Part shown: positions 50,601 to 62,502 of the stretch, piece after piece
Numbering within the stretch: position 1 is the stretch's first letter
Layout of the letters: every line of letters begins with the position of its first letter
Assembly: GCF_964355755.1 (NCBI RefSeq)
Contig: NC_092679.1
Coordinates: 22,551,432-22,615,431 of the forward strand
Origin: Antedon mediterranea
Lineage: Eukaryota > Animalia > Echinodermata
Direction: 5' to 3'
DNA length: 64,000 nt
Program-made: the position numbers and the translations under genes
Notes under the pieces: generated by a model
Told to the model about the DNA's origin: nothing
Seen by the model: only the letters and a program-made list of their open reading frames with translations
Database searches by the model: none

Positions 50601-52574
50601 TAGGCTGCACTACACAAATATTCCAACTCTCTCATTCGAGCTATATTATCTATACCATTCCGGTAGGTCAAGTCGACCTTCAATCAAATACTGTACATCG
50701 TTCATGTTGTGATTATAGACGGGGTATCTCGACCCGACCAGTTTGGTATTGTTGTATCTGCTTATCACGTGACGATGCCAGGCATGGGCAGCAGAGAGAG
50801 CACGTGTATTTTCGTCTCGCTCGATCCTCAGCAGGAATGTACAGTATACGTTACGCTTCATTGATTTTGATTTTTCCCTAAGTCGGTGCGAAAATCGGCA
50901 AACGTAAAGTGCAAATATATCTAATTTTTCACTGTTTTGATGAATTTTCATAAAAAATTGACTTTATAAATGGGAAGACCGACTAAAATTACATCAGATA
51001 AGTATAATTTTACAAAAGTAATTGATATGGTTTATGATAACGAGTCGTCGGAAGATGGACCATTTCACAAATTTCCTATTTTGTAACCACAGTGTGATTT
51101 TGCCGTAGCTGCACTTGTAATCTGGCCTGATTTCACAGCCTTCGTTCTGCTTCACTGGGCGCTTATATAAATTGAAACTTTCACCGTTCAAGAGACAAAC
51201 AAATATATTTTACATTTTTTACTATTCATTTTAAACCCGGAACCCCCCTTTAAATTGTATCAATATCAATTTTCCTCTATTTTGTGAAATTCAAAATTGT
51301 TTTTTTGGCAGAATCTTAACATGGAGCTGAATGATATGCCGCCGTTAGAACCTGCCAATCTCATTCAGGTAAATTTTAAATTTTCCATTTTGAATTGGCT
51401 ATATATGGACATGATGATGACCATATTGGGCACATCACACTTTTTTTGATAGTGCAGACAGAGCTTTAGACTTCTCAAATGGACAACCTTCTTCTCAGTG
51501 TTTGCAAACAAAAATTTGCTAATTTTCAAATAGACAACCTCCAGTAGGCCTAAGCACAAACTTCTTTAAAGAGTGGCAATCGAACACAATCTTGCTAGTG
51601 TAGAATAGGTAAGAAGAAGGTTAACCTCATGAAGTGTAAAAGTTTCCCTTTGGTTGAGTTCTGGACATTCTTTTTCTTTTATTTCATATAGCTTTATACT
51701 AGTGATGCCAACAGTGATGCGAATGAATATGATTTCAAGAAAGCCCTTGACCTGTTGCAGTTCGTGTCACAAGATGACCCTGCCTACGATACGCTGAAAC
51801 TCAACATATGGTGCTCAGCAATATTAAAGGACAAGTGAGTTTACACAATGACATTTTAAACCGTTAGACTTTTTAAAAGTTCAGTTCGCACTGAGCTTAT
51901 AGATTCAGCTGGCTGTAGAAAACTCTGATCACACATGCTTGTTTTGTATGAGACCCGGAATGGCATAGTGTGAATGGTTCTATGTAGTAAAAACAAATTA
52001 TGGCACAAACAATTACAACATTTTGTAAAATGATTGGCAGAATTTTGAGAGAAATTTGTATAAATATTAATTTTTTTTCCATAGCTGGTCAGGAGTAGAA
52101 GGCATCGACCCAATCTCAAAATGTAAAGAAACTATTTTCTTCAAGACACTCGAAATGGCACATGCAGAAGGTAAACTTAATTATTAGAGAACTATTCGTC
52201 ATGGAATGGCGCTCTAAATCTAAGACATTTCCATTTCCAATTTCTGCTGGTCGTGTTTCCCTTTGATAAGTTGTGAATATTGACCAAAGAGCTGCAGAGT
52301 TAAACTAGTGATAAACCCAAATATGGTTAGTGATATGTCATCATTATGTCCATATTTGGCACATCACATTTTTTGTCAGTTTGATAGTGTAGACAAAGCT
52401 TTACACATTTTTTTTTTCAAACTCTTCACAGGGATGACCAACGCCGATGAAGAACTTCTTCCAGACGTCGACACACTGCTGTCCTGCCATCAACTGGATG
52501 GCTTACATGACAACAGACAGTTTCAGTTTTTGATCAAAGCAAGTTTTGAACAACTCCAAAGACAAAGTCCATGA
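38642..52574 (+). CDS. NUP133: Nuclear pore complex protein Nup133, about 33 coding exons
   Basis: Spliced motifs YGSSLPVLVTEALTLAD, VKVDPSGWAWLVCARKMFIW, CKELALPPSEL, VSPEGVVRYWPNI, SQDVIDDFPASDPRWADSVP, GLTVQDVFYRQVS, ASLAEKFCDFRILVRLCE, LSWLH, KKKTLLSLSKL, EYDFKKALDLL; stop at 52572-52574. Not every exon boundary was phase-checked. Confidence 0.95.
39995..40332. mobile_element. MITE family B, Kolobok-like (TTAA-AGATATATTGTCCCC ... GGGGACAAT)
   Basis: TTAA flanks and AG 5' end; related copies at about 11100-11300, 43796-44081, 48060-48318, 59480-59690 and 61600-61867. Confidence 0.75.
41647..41856. repeat. Minisatellite, 14 bp (GATTGGCTTTTGGT) x about 15
   Basis: Perfect tandem array in a NUP133 intron. 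Confidence 0.97.
41983..42200. repeat. Minisatellite, 18/20-bp units (ATTTTTCATGGTCTCTCTAT) x about 11
   Basis: Directly visible; explains the three overlapping repetitive ORFs. Confidence 0.95.
46120..46647. repeat. Purine-rich minisatellite (core GATGGAATTTAGTGGATGAGAGGGAG)
   Basis: About 15 variable-length units filling most of a NUP133 intron. Confidence 0.95.
49677..51249. mobile_element. Kolobok-type non-autonomous DNA transposon (1.57 kb)
   Basis: TTAA-AGGGGGATTCTGGGTTTAAAAT ... ATTTTAAACCCGGAACCCCCCT-TTAA (22-bp TIR, 2 mismatches); TTAA duplication with AG/CT ends is characteristic of Kolobok; no transposase ORF. Confidence 0.85.
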
Positions 52575-53204
52575 CAAAGCAAGTTTTGAACAACTCCAAA
52601 GACATAGTCCATGAATTAACTCTAACTTTTTCTAGGTTTTTTCAACTAAACCTTACAGAATTTGAACTCCGACATATTTAAAGACACTTTCCCTACTTTG
52701 TTTTGATCATTTACAAACTGCATTTTATGTAAACATAAATACTATATGGGTATATTGCGATAATTTTTCATCTTTAAACGGTAACAATTTATATAATTGC
52801 AGATAGGCAGATTCTTATAATTTAAGCAGCCTGCTATAAATACCAGCATGCATCGTGCACGGATTGATATTTAAGCAGCCTGCTATAAATACCAGCATGC
52901 ATCGTGCACGGATTGATATTTTCGTTTTGCTTCTGTGATGCATCTATTTCGATCGATCGGGTCATTGATGAGCAATTCTTTTACAGTGGGGTCTTTATAT
53001 TTCTATCCCATATATGAATGATAAGTAAAATATGATGTTTTTTTTGTAATAAATAATTACACAGTAAAAAGAAGTGTTAAGTTATTTGGCACTATTTTAT
53101 TCTCATCATTCTTTAATTAAAAAGGCAACTTATACGTCCATTGTATGCAATACTAGATAGATCGATCTTGTATAGATAGATTTTAACAAAAATGTAAAAG
53201 ATTG

Positions 53205-54957
53205 TTAAGAACTGGATAATCCTAGTGATGTATTGCTGAAGTTCTGCTTCCAAAGAAATTCTGATTTATATGCAGGTCCCTCGTTACAATTTTTAGAGCA
53301 TGTATAAATTAGAAGGGTACCCCAATCAATGCTGTCTCCGACACTATCAACGTCCATGTACGTCAGTAGCTGAGGTAATATCTGAAATAAAAAAATCCAT
53401 TTTATTTTTATTACTTAGATATAGATATGTTAGAAAATACTAATAGAGATTTTATTTTTTAAAACCTATATACTCCAACATTCAAAATGTTTGTTTACAA
53501 CCCAGTGGCGCAATGGGTACGAGCGCTCACTGGCTAAACCCAGGGGGTCCAGAGTTTGAGCAGACCAATCCAACTACCCAGCGTTGGAGGGCTAAGTTTC
53601 CCCCTATGTTGTGCCACTGTTGCCACCTAACATAATATAAAACCGATCAAACCTGAAATTCAAAGAGTCTGTCTGCTCCACAAGTACATTTTGGAATATC
53701 GACCTCTGTTGGTTGGTTTTCTGACGATACCCATAAAGGTTGCCCACTTCTTTGGTAGCGCAAAATCTGAAAGGCAAAACAAAATTATTGCGTTACTATC
53801 CTGTACAATATTGGGCAGCAAAATTGGATTTTGAATTGGTGTTCATTTCTCCCGTTAAAAAACCCAAATACTGGAACCTCCCTTTTCTATGTATCCATCC
53901 ATATACCATAGTGTGTGGTCTCATAGTGCAGCACTCTTTTTGCAAATTACTAATTACCTGCTCTGGTTCAATTTCTATGATGTCTTTAAATTTCCTAAAC
54001 TGCTTATCTTCTTCCCCATACGCCATCTCCTCTAGCTCATCCTCATCATACTCTGTTTTCTTTCCTTCTTCATTTGCCATTTGTTCAGAATTTAGTTTTT
54101 GTTCGTCAGGCTTTGTTTTTGGTTTTCGTTCTTCTGTTTCCATCACTATTTCATACTCAGGAAATAAAAGTGATTTTGTTTGTTTCTGTGAGACGGATTC
54201 TTAAAAAGAGAGGAAAAAATTATTAATTTGATTATGTATTGTAGAGGATGGGCTTTAGCAACTACAGGTACCAATGTACAAGAAAATTGCACTTTTTAAA
54301 TTTACTGAGATAAAGATACTTCCAAAAATCCATTATTTGTGTGGTAATTTAAATAATTTTAAATTAATTAATATTTAATGTTTGGTTGACCATGCTGATG
54401 GTCACTTTGTTATTTGTTGTACCTCCACTTTCCGTGCCGCATACTTCACGATGACCTCGTTTCCAATGGAAAACCTGATGACCTCTGGAACAGTAAGATA
54501 TTAATTTGCATTTGGAGCACTTTTTAGTCGCATTTCCGTGGCAAACCTCGCATACTGATGTTTCAAATTGTTGTACCGCTGGCTCGCTTCCATCCGGTAT
54601 TTCATCCGCTGGAGGTTCGCTACTATAAAATTCATTAATTCGTGGAAGTTGATTACGAAATACGACAAAGGGTATTTTTGAATTGTTAACTTTGGTATGG
54701 CAACCTGGGTGTTTACAACAAAACACATAAATTGACCGATGAAAACATCTACTATCTTCTGACACTGGGGAATAGATCTGTAACAAGAAGATACAAGGGT
54801 CCCTACAAATTGGGCAGCTAGCACGCTCGCAGCCGGGGAGATCCTTCAACGCGAGCCAGGCTGGCTTTCCACCAACTTTACTCGGAAAGAAATGCGAGGA
54901 AAGCCGCCAACTATCAGCCTTTTCTACAAAACCAAGTTCTACATTTTGTGAGCACAT
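53205..54957 (-). CDS. PDCD2: Programmed cell death protein 2 (MYND finger plus PDCD2_C), 4 exons
   Basis: Exons 54957-54423, 54199-53958, 53766-53653, 53381-53205: [99 protein letters not shown]. Confidence 0.96.
53500..53620 (+). mobile_element. tRNA-derived SINE remnant
   Basis: CCAGTGGCGCAATGG (A box, tRNA-Arg-like D arm) and a decayed B box GAGTTTGAGC; no cloverleaf. Confidence 0.5.
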
Positions 54958-55192
54958 AATTTCCCTCTCTATCTACTGTACTGTATTCTTCAAAATTGTT
55001 TATTTTAAGCTTCTTTTCCAACTTTCCCTTCCTCTATCGATACTCCGGCCTGGAAAATGTCAACAAATAATTTCACGTGTTGTGTATAGCGCCCTCTATA
55101 ATACGCCTAAAAACAAAACAAAAACTCCATGCTTTCTCTCGCGCGGGGCTTTCCCTTTCCTCTCTCTCCTCATTTCACGTTACCTTTGTAAA
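54958..55192. promoter_or_regulatory. Compact bidirectional promoter PDCD2 / cytochrome b561
   Basis: Only 235 bp between divergent ATGs; contains TAGCGCCCTCTA (55087-55098), TCACGTG and TCTCGCGCG. Confidence 0.8.
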
Positions 55193-57194
55193 ATGGCAAA
55201 TGAACTAGTTTTTAGTGTCGGTTGTGTAGCAGAAGTATTAGGATTATGTGCAATAGTTATAATTTTGGTGGTGGGTAACAAAGCCGGTGGTTTCGGCTCC
55301 TATCCAAGTTTCAACTATCATCCACTTTTCATGACGCTAGGCTTCGTATTCTTATTTGGCCAAGGTAAGTGCACGTTGAATTCGCTTTGTTTGAAGTTCG
55401 ATTGGCGTGAAATGGGTAGATGACCTTGGGCCTAGCTAGGCTGTGAGGTCAGGGATTGGACGAAAGTTTTGCTAGCCGACATAAACAGTCGTATTTTTCT
55501 GGATCTGTAAGTGTGGCTAGCTTGTTGTTTTATGTTTTAAACACATAATAACTATAATAATATAATAAATAAATATATTGTTATATTGTTTTGTAATAAT
55601 TATGAAAAGAAAATAAAAGTGACGTGATGTGACAACAAAAAACTGCATAAGTATTAATAATTAAAAATTATCTTTAATGTTAGATCTCTAATCTATTTAT
55701 AGTGCACAATTGTGAATTCAGGCAAGAGTAATTACAGAGAAATAATATAATAATCATACTTATATTTTAAAAAGCATAAATATTATGGTAATATTCATAG
55801 TAAATACAGGCAAACTTGAGACAGCATTCATTAAATAATTGATTGGAAATAATCAGATCTATCTTTTTTTTCATAGGTATCCTGTCATTCCAAGTGATTA
55901 AGTTCTTTAATATTCAAATACCCCGTACAGTCGAGAAGCTGATTCATTTCGGAACGATGTCGATGGGCTGTATGTTGATGGTGATTGGTTGGGCTTGTGC
56001 TGACAGCAGAGATAACTCGGACTTGTTTACGCATTTGATAGAGTACAATGGCTCGCCTCACTGTAGCATTGGACTTGCTGCCATTATTGTGTTCGGTCTC
56101 CAGGTTCGTGCAACGAGAAATGTGACAGAACATGACAAAATTAGGCCATGTTTTACAATGTACAGCAGCTGTCTCAGGTTTACACTCTGAATGCATTCTG
56201 CTTAGCTTACCTGGGTGGTTCATTACTAATCATGACGTCATTTGATTGGACGTGTGAAAATATTATTTTCATCAAAGGAAGCATAGATAATTATCCCATA
56301 GTTGGGATGAAAACTTGTTAGATTTCTTTTCTTAGTGTAAATGGGCCTGTACAGAATCAACTCTGCATTTTTTCTGTCAGTTTGAAATCGGTGATACAAT
56401 TCTACTGATTTTTATTTTGCAGGGTTTGGTTGGATTCTCTTTTTTTCTCTTCCCAAAATGTGGATCACCATTACTGAGGTCAAAGGTTGTTAAAGTTCAT
56501 CGGTTGATTGGATTGTTTTCATTTTTAATGGCAGTTATCGCAGCTATGATGGGAGCAACGGAGATGGCGCTGCTGCAGTCGTATGTGTACTTTTTACATT
56601 TTCGTCTCAGTTAAATTATTCCACCAAACCCCTCCCCAAAAATGTGTATAAAAAGTGGAGAATTTAGATGCCATTTTGGCCACTAAATTGTATACAAGAT
56701 GGCGGATAATGTTCAAATTTCAAATGTATTATGACTCTCTCTGGTATAGATGATTGCATTATTATACGGGTATGGATATTGTCATTTATCCAGGTAGTAT
56801 TAAGTTTGCACAAATGTGATGTGTCCATATATGGACATGATGGTGTCATATCACAACCATATTTGGGCATATTGCTACCATAATTTGGGCACATCACACT
56901 TTTTTTGTCACTTACACTTTGATCATTGAATCTTTTCATGTCATAATTTATAAAAAATATTTATACATATATAATCATTGTCTTTATAGGTTGAATGACT
57001 CCATGTCATCCGTCAGATCTCTCCTGGCCCTCTACGTTTCTTGTGTCCTACTGTTTGCGTTATCGGTATTAACAATTCACCTTCGACCTCTGTTGACCAC
57101 CGCTGAGGAACAGAAAAACTACTCAAATATTGAATTAGCGGCAGACGACGAGATGTCAGAAATGGTAATAACCGAAAATACTGAGAATTGCTAA
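55193..57194 (+). CDS. Cytochrome b561 family transmembrane protein (divergent), 4 exons
   Basis: Exons 55193-55364, 55877-56103, 56423-56580, 56990-57194; six hydrophobic segments and four His at family positions: FNYHPLFM, KLIH, SPHCSIG, VKVHRLIG; LQGLVGFSFFLFP. Confidence 0.9.
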
Positions 57195-57408
57195 TTTAAT
57201 ATGTCTATAAATTTTTTCTGCACTTGTAATATTAAACATATTTTATTTAATAATTAAGTTAGCCTTATGGTTAATAATACATGCATCACATTTGATATAA
57301 TATGTGACACTGTATCAAAGAATTTGCCTATTATACTGTGTAATTTAAGATTCAGTATGTAATTATAATGGGCTAGCTCATATGTAATAATTCAGAAGCA
57401 TGATATAG

Positions 57409-57513
57409 CAGGGAAGAGTGAAATTACATTGTAATTACAATTGAACAAATACAAATTACATTGTAATTACAATTGAACAATACAAATTACAATTTAAATT
57501 TCACTTATCCTTG
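57409..57513. mobile_element. Small MITE (CAGGGAAGAGTGAAATT TIR) with an internal tandem duplication
   Basis: CAGGGAAGAGTGAAATT ... AATTTCACTTATCCTTG; internal AAATTACATTGTAATTACAATTGAACAAATAC twice. Confidence 0.55.
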
Positions 57514-59998
57514 GATATAGCATGTTCAAATTCAACATGATAAATATTAATTTTTAATGTAAAATATTGAATTCAGTACTTTTTAAGTAAAATTACTTTT
57601 CTTTGTGTGTGTGTGATGTGGTTTTTCACTGATATTTTATTTTTATACAGTCCATCCAAGAAAATAATTTAAGTAAAACTTATTATTATTTTTAAGTGTC
57701 TTAGTAAAGGTACACTTTTAATCTGCCTTTAGATGTCTATTTTTATATTTCATTCATTCTGCAAAACTTAAAAATAAATAAAAATTGAATAATCAATAGT
57801 ACACAAAGTGGCGGATGAGTTGGGATTGGGAAAGAGTTGATGCGTGTAAAGTTGATAGAAATTTGGTTATATTATGGAAAGTCGAAAGATGATCACACCT
57901 GGGGAATATATGTAACACTACGACTAACCCCTATTCAGGGGTCAGCCTTTAGTTTGTTGCATCCTCTAAATGGGTTCTACGAGACACTTGATATCAAAAG
58001 TCAACTTCCAAAACACAGTATAGTTTTTTTAACCGCAATAATTCCTTATTCATTGGTGTTTAAATATCGTACTGTAGACACCGGTGTTGTTGAATAATAT
58101 TTGATAATTGATGTACAATTTGGTATTGTTTGTTGTATTTTTTGTATGGTTTATTATGTAATAAAGTCACGTGATTGTAATATGAACCCTTTCTTGGTGT
58201 GTACTATATTATGTCATAATTTTATCAGTAACATTTAACCATAAAATACATTAGTTTTAAATCTTCGTTCAAGACATTTGTTTTCGTGTAGTAATGTTTC
58301 CGGTTTCGGTGTGCATTAGCTCTGTCCACACTATCAAACTTTACGTGACAAAAACAAGTGTGATGTGTCCAAATATGGTGGTAGTGATTTGACATCATGT
58401 CCATATTATATGGGCACATCAAATTTTGTTGTCACGTTAAGTTTGATAGTGTAGACAGAGCTTTAGGTACATCGAAACCGGAAACATTACATCGTTTTTA
58501 TAAGTGCGACATCATACTCTTTGGTTTTTATCTTGTTTCCCCCGGTATTTTTTCCTGGATATTTTTCTCCGGTGACATTAGACCCCCGGGACCCTACGCT
58601 GGAATGCACGGGATGTTTAATGTTAATATAGTTATTGAGGAAAACTATGAACAGACACCGCCTCTACTTTCCCGGGACAGTACTTTCCCATGAAACGAAT
58701 AGAATGAAGGAAACAATATATGCTTTAAAAAACTGTGATCATGCCAACCCAGAGAATACTGACTTTGTTGGGTGCGCGAAGATTGGAATATTCGGAATTT
58801 GCCAATAGGAAAAAGGTCCCGGTGGGAACGGGGAGGGTTAACCATTATAAGCAAAACTACAAGGCGGTCGACGTACCCGGAGCCGGCTCTCGAACTTTCT
58901 GTTACCTACATAGGTAGGACAAAATGAAATAGGGATATATAGGTGTACATTTTGTTTATTATCTTAATTGAGAAAAGCCACCACGTATCATTTCTGGAAA
59001 GTTTTTCAAAGCATATTACAAAAAAGATCCCACTTTTGTGGAAAAAAAGAACCCCTATAAAAATTCTGGTTAGGGGATTACAATTTTTTTAATTTAATAT
59101 TATTAAATGTAAAAAAAAAATGCGTTTCGCTTTCACGACACTGTCTTTGAGTTTTAATATTTACACACACCACCAGCCGATTTGTTTTTGTATCACACCA
59201 ACATGGAGAGGATCACGTCAATGTGTCGTCCAATACCATTAAAACACGTAACTTATCGATTGTCCGATTATGGCTGGCTATGCAAAGATCGAACCTCAGA
59301 CTATACCATCACCATTTCAACAGATTTGTGTAAAGTGGAAACAACATATTAAAGTGAGTGTAAGTATGACTCTTGTTTATTTTGCTAAATATTATTATAT
59401 TATTCGTTATTTGTTTTTTTTTGTGGTATTATAAGTACCCATAGGCGCAGCCGCTTAACAGACATAAAAGATCTGAACAAAATGTATTTACCTAAAAAAA
59501 TGTGATTTTAACAATTGTCAAATTGGCTGCCAGCCAAATAATTTTTAGTTGAATTTAATCCTCTATTATGTTATTTTATAAGAGAAAACAGTCTTAGTCT
59601 TTTCCGATTTTTTTTTCTATTTTAGTATTAAAACTACAAAATACCTTTGAAGTCTGATTAATTAATATTCATTTTTCATGTTTTGGGTGAAATGACGTGA
59701 ACAATTAATATTGGTTTGTAATAAATGCCATTAAATAAGAATTGAACGATAAATATAATTATGCTAATATAACAGACAACTTGCATTGTGGTAGATTGGC
59801 ATCTCCTACCTTGAAGAAGGTCATCCGAAAACTGTTGCTGGCACTGACTCATTGGTGGACGTCAAAGTTCCTATTTCTCTTCGATTTTTGCAACCAAACA
59901 ACATTCTCTAACGTTAAATTGTTCGTTATATTTAAAAGTCTTATCCACATATGGCTAAGTATATTATAGCCTAATAAATACCGGATTTAAAGGGTGAT

Positions 59999-60205
59999 GG
60001 GTAATTGTCCGGGGGGTAGTTGTCCAGGGGGTAGTTGTCCTAAGGGGGTTGTTGTCCTAAGGGGGTAGTTGTCCGGGGGGTATTTGTCCGGGGGGTAGTT
60101 GTCCTAAAGGGGTAGTTGTCCTAAGGGGGTAGTGGTCCAGGTGGTGGTTGTCCGGGGGGTAGTTGTCCGGGGGGTAAATGTCCAGGGGGTGAATATCCGG
60201 ATACG
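59999..60205. repeat. GGGGGTAGTTGTCC tandem array, probably the end of a DNA transposon, flanked by 10-bp direct repeats
   Basis: About 12 units ending in ATCCGGATACG; AAAGGGTGAT at 59989-59998 and 60206-60215. Confidence 0.8.
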
Positions 60206-60856
60206 AAAGGGTGATACGTCTTCCCATAAGAAGCCATGCATCTTCTCAACAGTTTTGTAAAGCATGTAAAAAAGTGCCCTTTTGTGGAAAAAAGAAAACC
60301 GTAAAATGTAGGCTAAAATAATTCTGACTACACCGTCGGGGCTATAGGCCTAGTCCTGATTTCTGCATCCGACAACGTAACTGAACCTGTGGTGCCTCGT
60401 CAAACCCGAGTGCCACCTTGCCTAAAATGTTAAATACATTGAGTAATCAGCATTACAATAGATAATCATCATTAAAAAAATCATTATCATTCTCAAGGCA
60501 TCGTAGAATTGCAATTCCTCAAGTTTTTTGTTTATCTCATCTACCGGCTCCTATAATTTCATATTATACAGCTTCATCATCATCATCCTCAACTTCATCC
60601 TTACTATTATGCTTATTATTATATATAATAATTTGTAATTGTTGTAGGCTATCTAAAAGTAGGATGTATTTTTTTTTCGTAGCAAAACGAATTGTTGCCG
60701 AAATCAAATGTGTAAACGCGTTTACTTCAAGTGTTGACGCATCATCTCCCGCTAACTCAGTTTTCTGCTGTGCTGTCAAACCAAAAAACAAGTTGCGGCT
60801 GCTGCTTCATCAGTGGGATCTTGCTGTTGTTTTTGTAGATGTTTTAGGCAAACAAC

Positions 60857-62177
60857 ATGAGAGTTGTCCTCTGTTGGATGATCTTTTACTCTTTAATATT
60901 ATCAACAAACAGCTTCAATCAAATACCAGCGTTTACCGCTACAGGGAAAGAGTCAGAAGCACCAGGAAGCACCTGTTTCTGTCAGGTACGTGGTACTTTT
61001 TGTGCTTGCGGCCTCTAGGCTAGCTAGGCTAACGAATGCTAGGCCGGCCCAGCAGAGCTGACGTGTAGCAGACGATCACTGAGGTGGTGTACGTGCTAGT
61101 CAGCTGAGAGACAATGAATTCCCGTGCAAACAACAATCCAGAAAAAGGAAGGCCTCTCATCATTGTCATTGATTTCTATCTCTACCAATATAGGTTACTA
61201 CTAGGTTAGGGCCTAGCCTAGGCTAGAGTAGATCAATGATCATTCGTTATAAATTGTTTTTATAATAATTATTAATAGTAATAGGCTAGGCCCTAGGCCT
61301 AATTGATAATTTTTAAATTTTGTGTTAAAACAATTTAGGTCTAGGCCTGGCTAGAAGGCTAGAGGCCTAGGCTCAGTAGAAAAAATAAAATATTTCTTTT
61401 CTTTTAAATTAAAGTTTTGATGACAATTCTTAATTTTAGTTTATTACAATTGTTGGCAGATTTGCTATCAATGCTGTGAATATTCATGTAATACTTTGTC
61501 ATATCAATGTATATTAAAAAAATATTTATCTAACACTACAGTATTTCATTGATAAAATTAAAGATATAAAAATATTGTTCCAAAAACATAAAAATGAAGA
61601 TTATAAAAAAGATTTTGAGTATACCATTTCGCAGCTGAGCAAAGTTGACCACTTCCGTGAAGACAAAATAAATTGTTAAAATCCAATCAAAAACCCATTG
61701 ACTTCCAGGCAATTTGACTATTTTTTTGCTTTAAATTACAGTTTTTACATTTCAATATTTTTTGGATCCAATTTTTGGTCAAAGTGACTAAATATTATGT
61801 GACATTAAAATGGCATATTTAACAAAAACATTTAAAAAAGTATTTTTTTCAGGGAGACAATATATCTTTAATATAAAAACACTTTTATATTTGATTCCAA
61901 TGGCAAATTACTGAAAAAGGATGATGCTGTGGCCTTCGCTCGTCTTAAAAAATCTCCTTTCCTTTCCGACTTTTAACACCAAAACTTATGGCAAGCACCT
62001 TCACTTCTGCTGCCTCTCGCTTATGGAATGACCTACCCGCCTCTATTAGATTATATTCATCTACTATCGCCTTTAAATCTGCCTTGAAAACTCATCTTTT
62101 TCTTTCAGATTTGAGCTCTCTCATACACCACGCCTTTGATCAGTTACTGCAGGAATTGGCGCGTTACAAATTCGTAC

Positions 62178-62225
<48 letters not shown>

Positions 62226-62502
62226 CAGGCTGGATCTCAATGAAGATAAAGCAAGAATTTAAAGCAAAACATAAAACAGCCAGAAGTTTCAGAAAACACT
62301 ATTCCATATAAATTATGAAATATGACAAATTACATAAAATGATGACTAATGAAGTGTTGTGATAAAATCTTGTTATTTGCAGTTGTCTGGAACTGTTGAT
62401 GATTGCGATTGTGAAGTTCAGTCTGTAGACAGTTTTAACAACTACAAAATATACCCAGTTCTGAGAAGCCTATTGGAATCCGACTACTTCAAATATTATA
62501 AG
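60857..62502 (+). CDS. ERO1: ERO1-like ER oxidoreductin, first two exons (continues beyond the window)
   Basis: Exons 60857-60985 and 62383-62502: signal peptide, CFCQ|LSGTVDDCDCEVQSVDSFNNYKIYPVLRSLLESDYFKYYK (human ERO1A [44 protein letters not shown]). Confidence 0.95.
61935..62224 (+). mobile_element. L2-type LINE 3' fragment with (TTA)n tail
   Basis: FTSAASRLWNDLPASIR...FKSALKTHLF is typical of the L2 ORF2 C-terminus; GCGTTACAAAT then about 15 TTA units. Confidence 0.8.

Noticed and set aside
52572-52614. Stop-codon readthrough into the duplicated NUP133 end
   Set aside because: The 40-bp unit is not a multiple of three, so the copy is out of frame.
53500-53575. tRNA gene
   Set aside because: A box only; T arm and acceptor stem do not form, so called a SINE remnant.
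57797-57840. VADELGLGKS resembling SNF2 motif I
   Set aside because: Immediately followed by a stop, with no other helicase motifs nearby.
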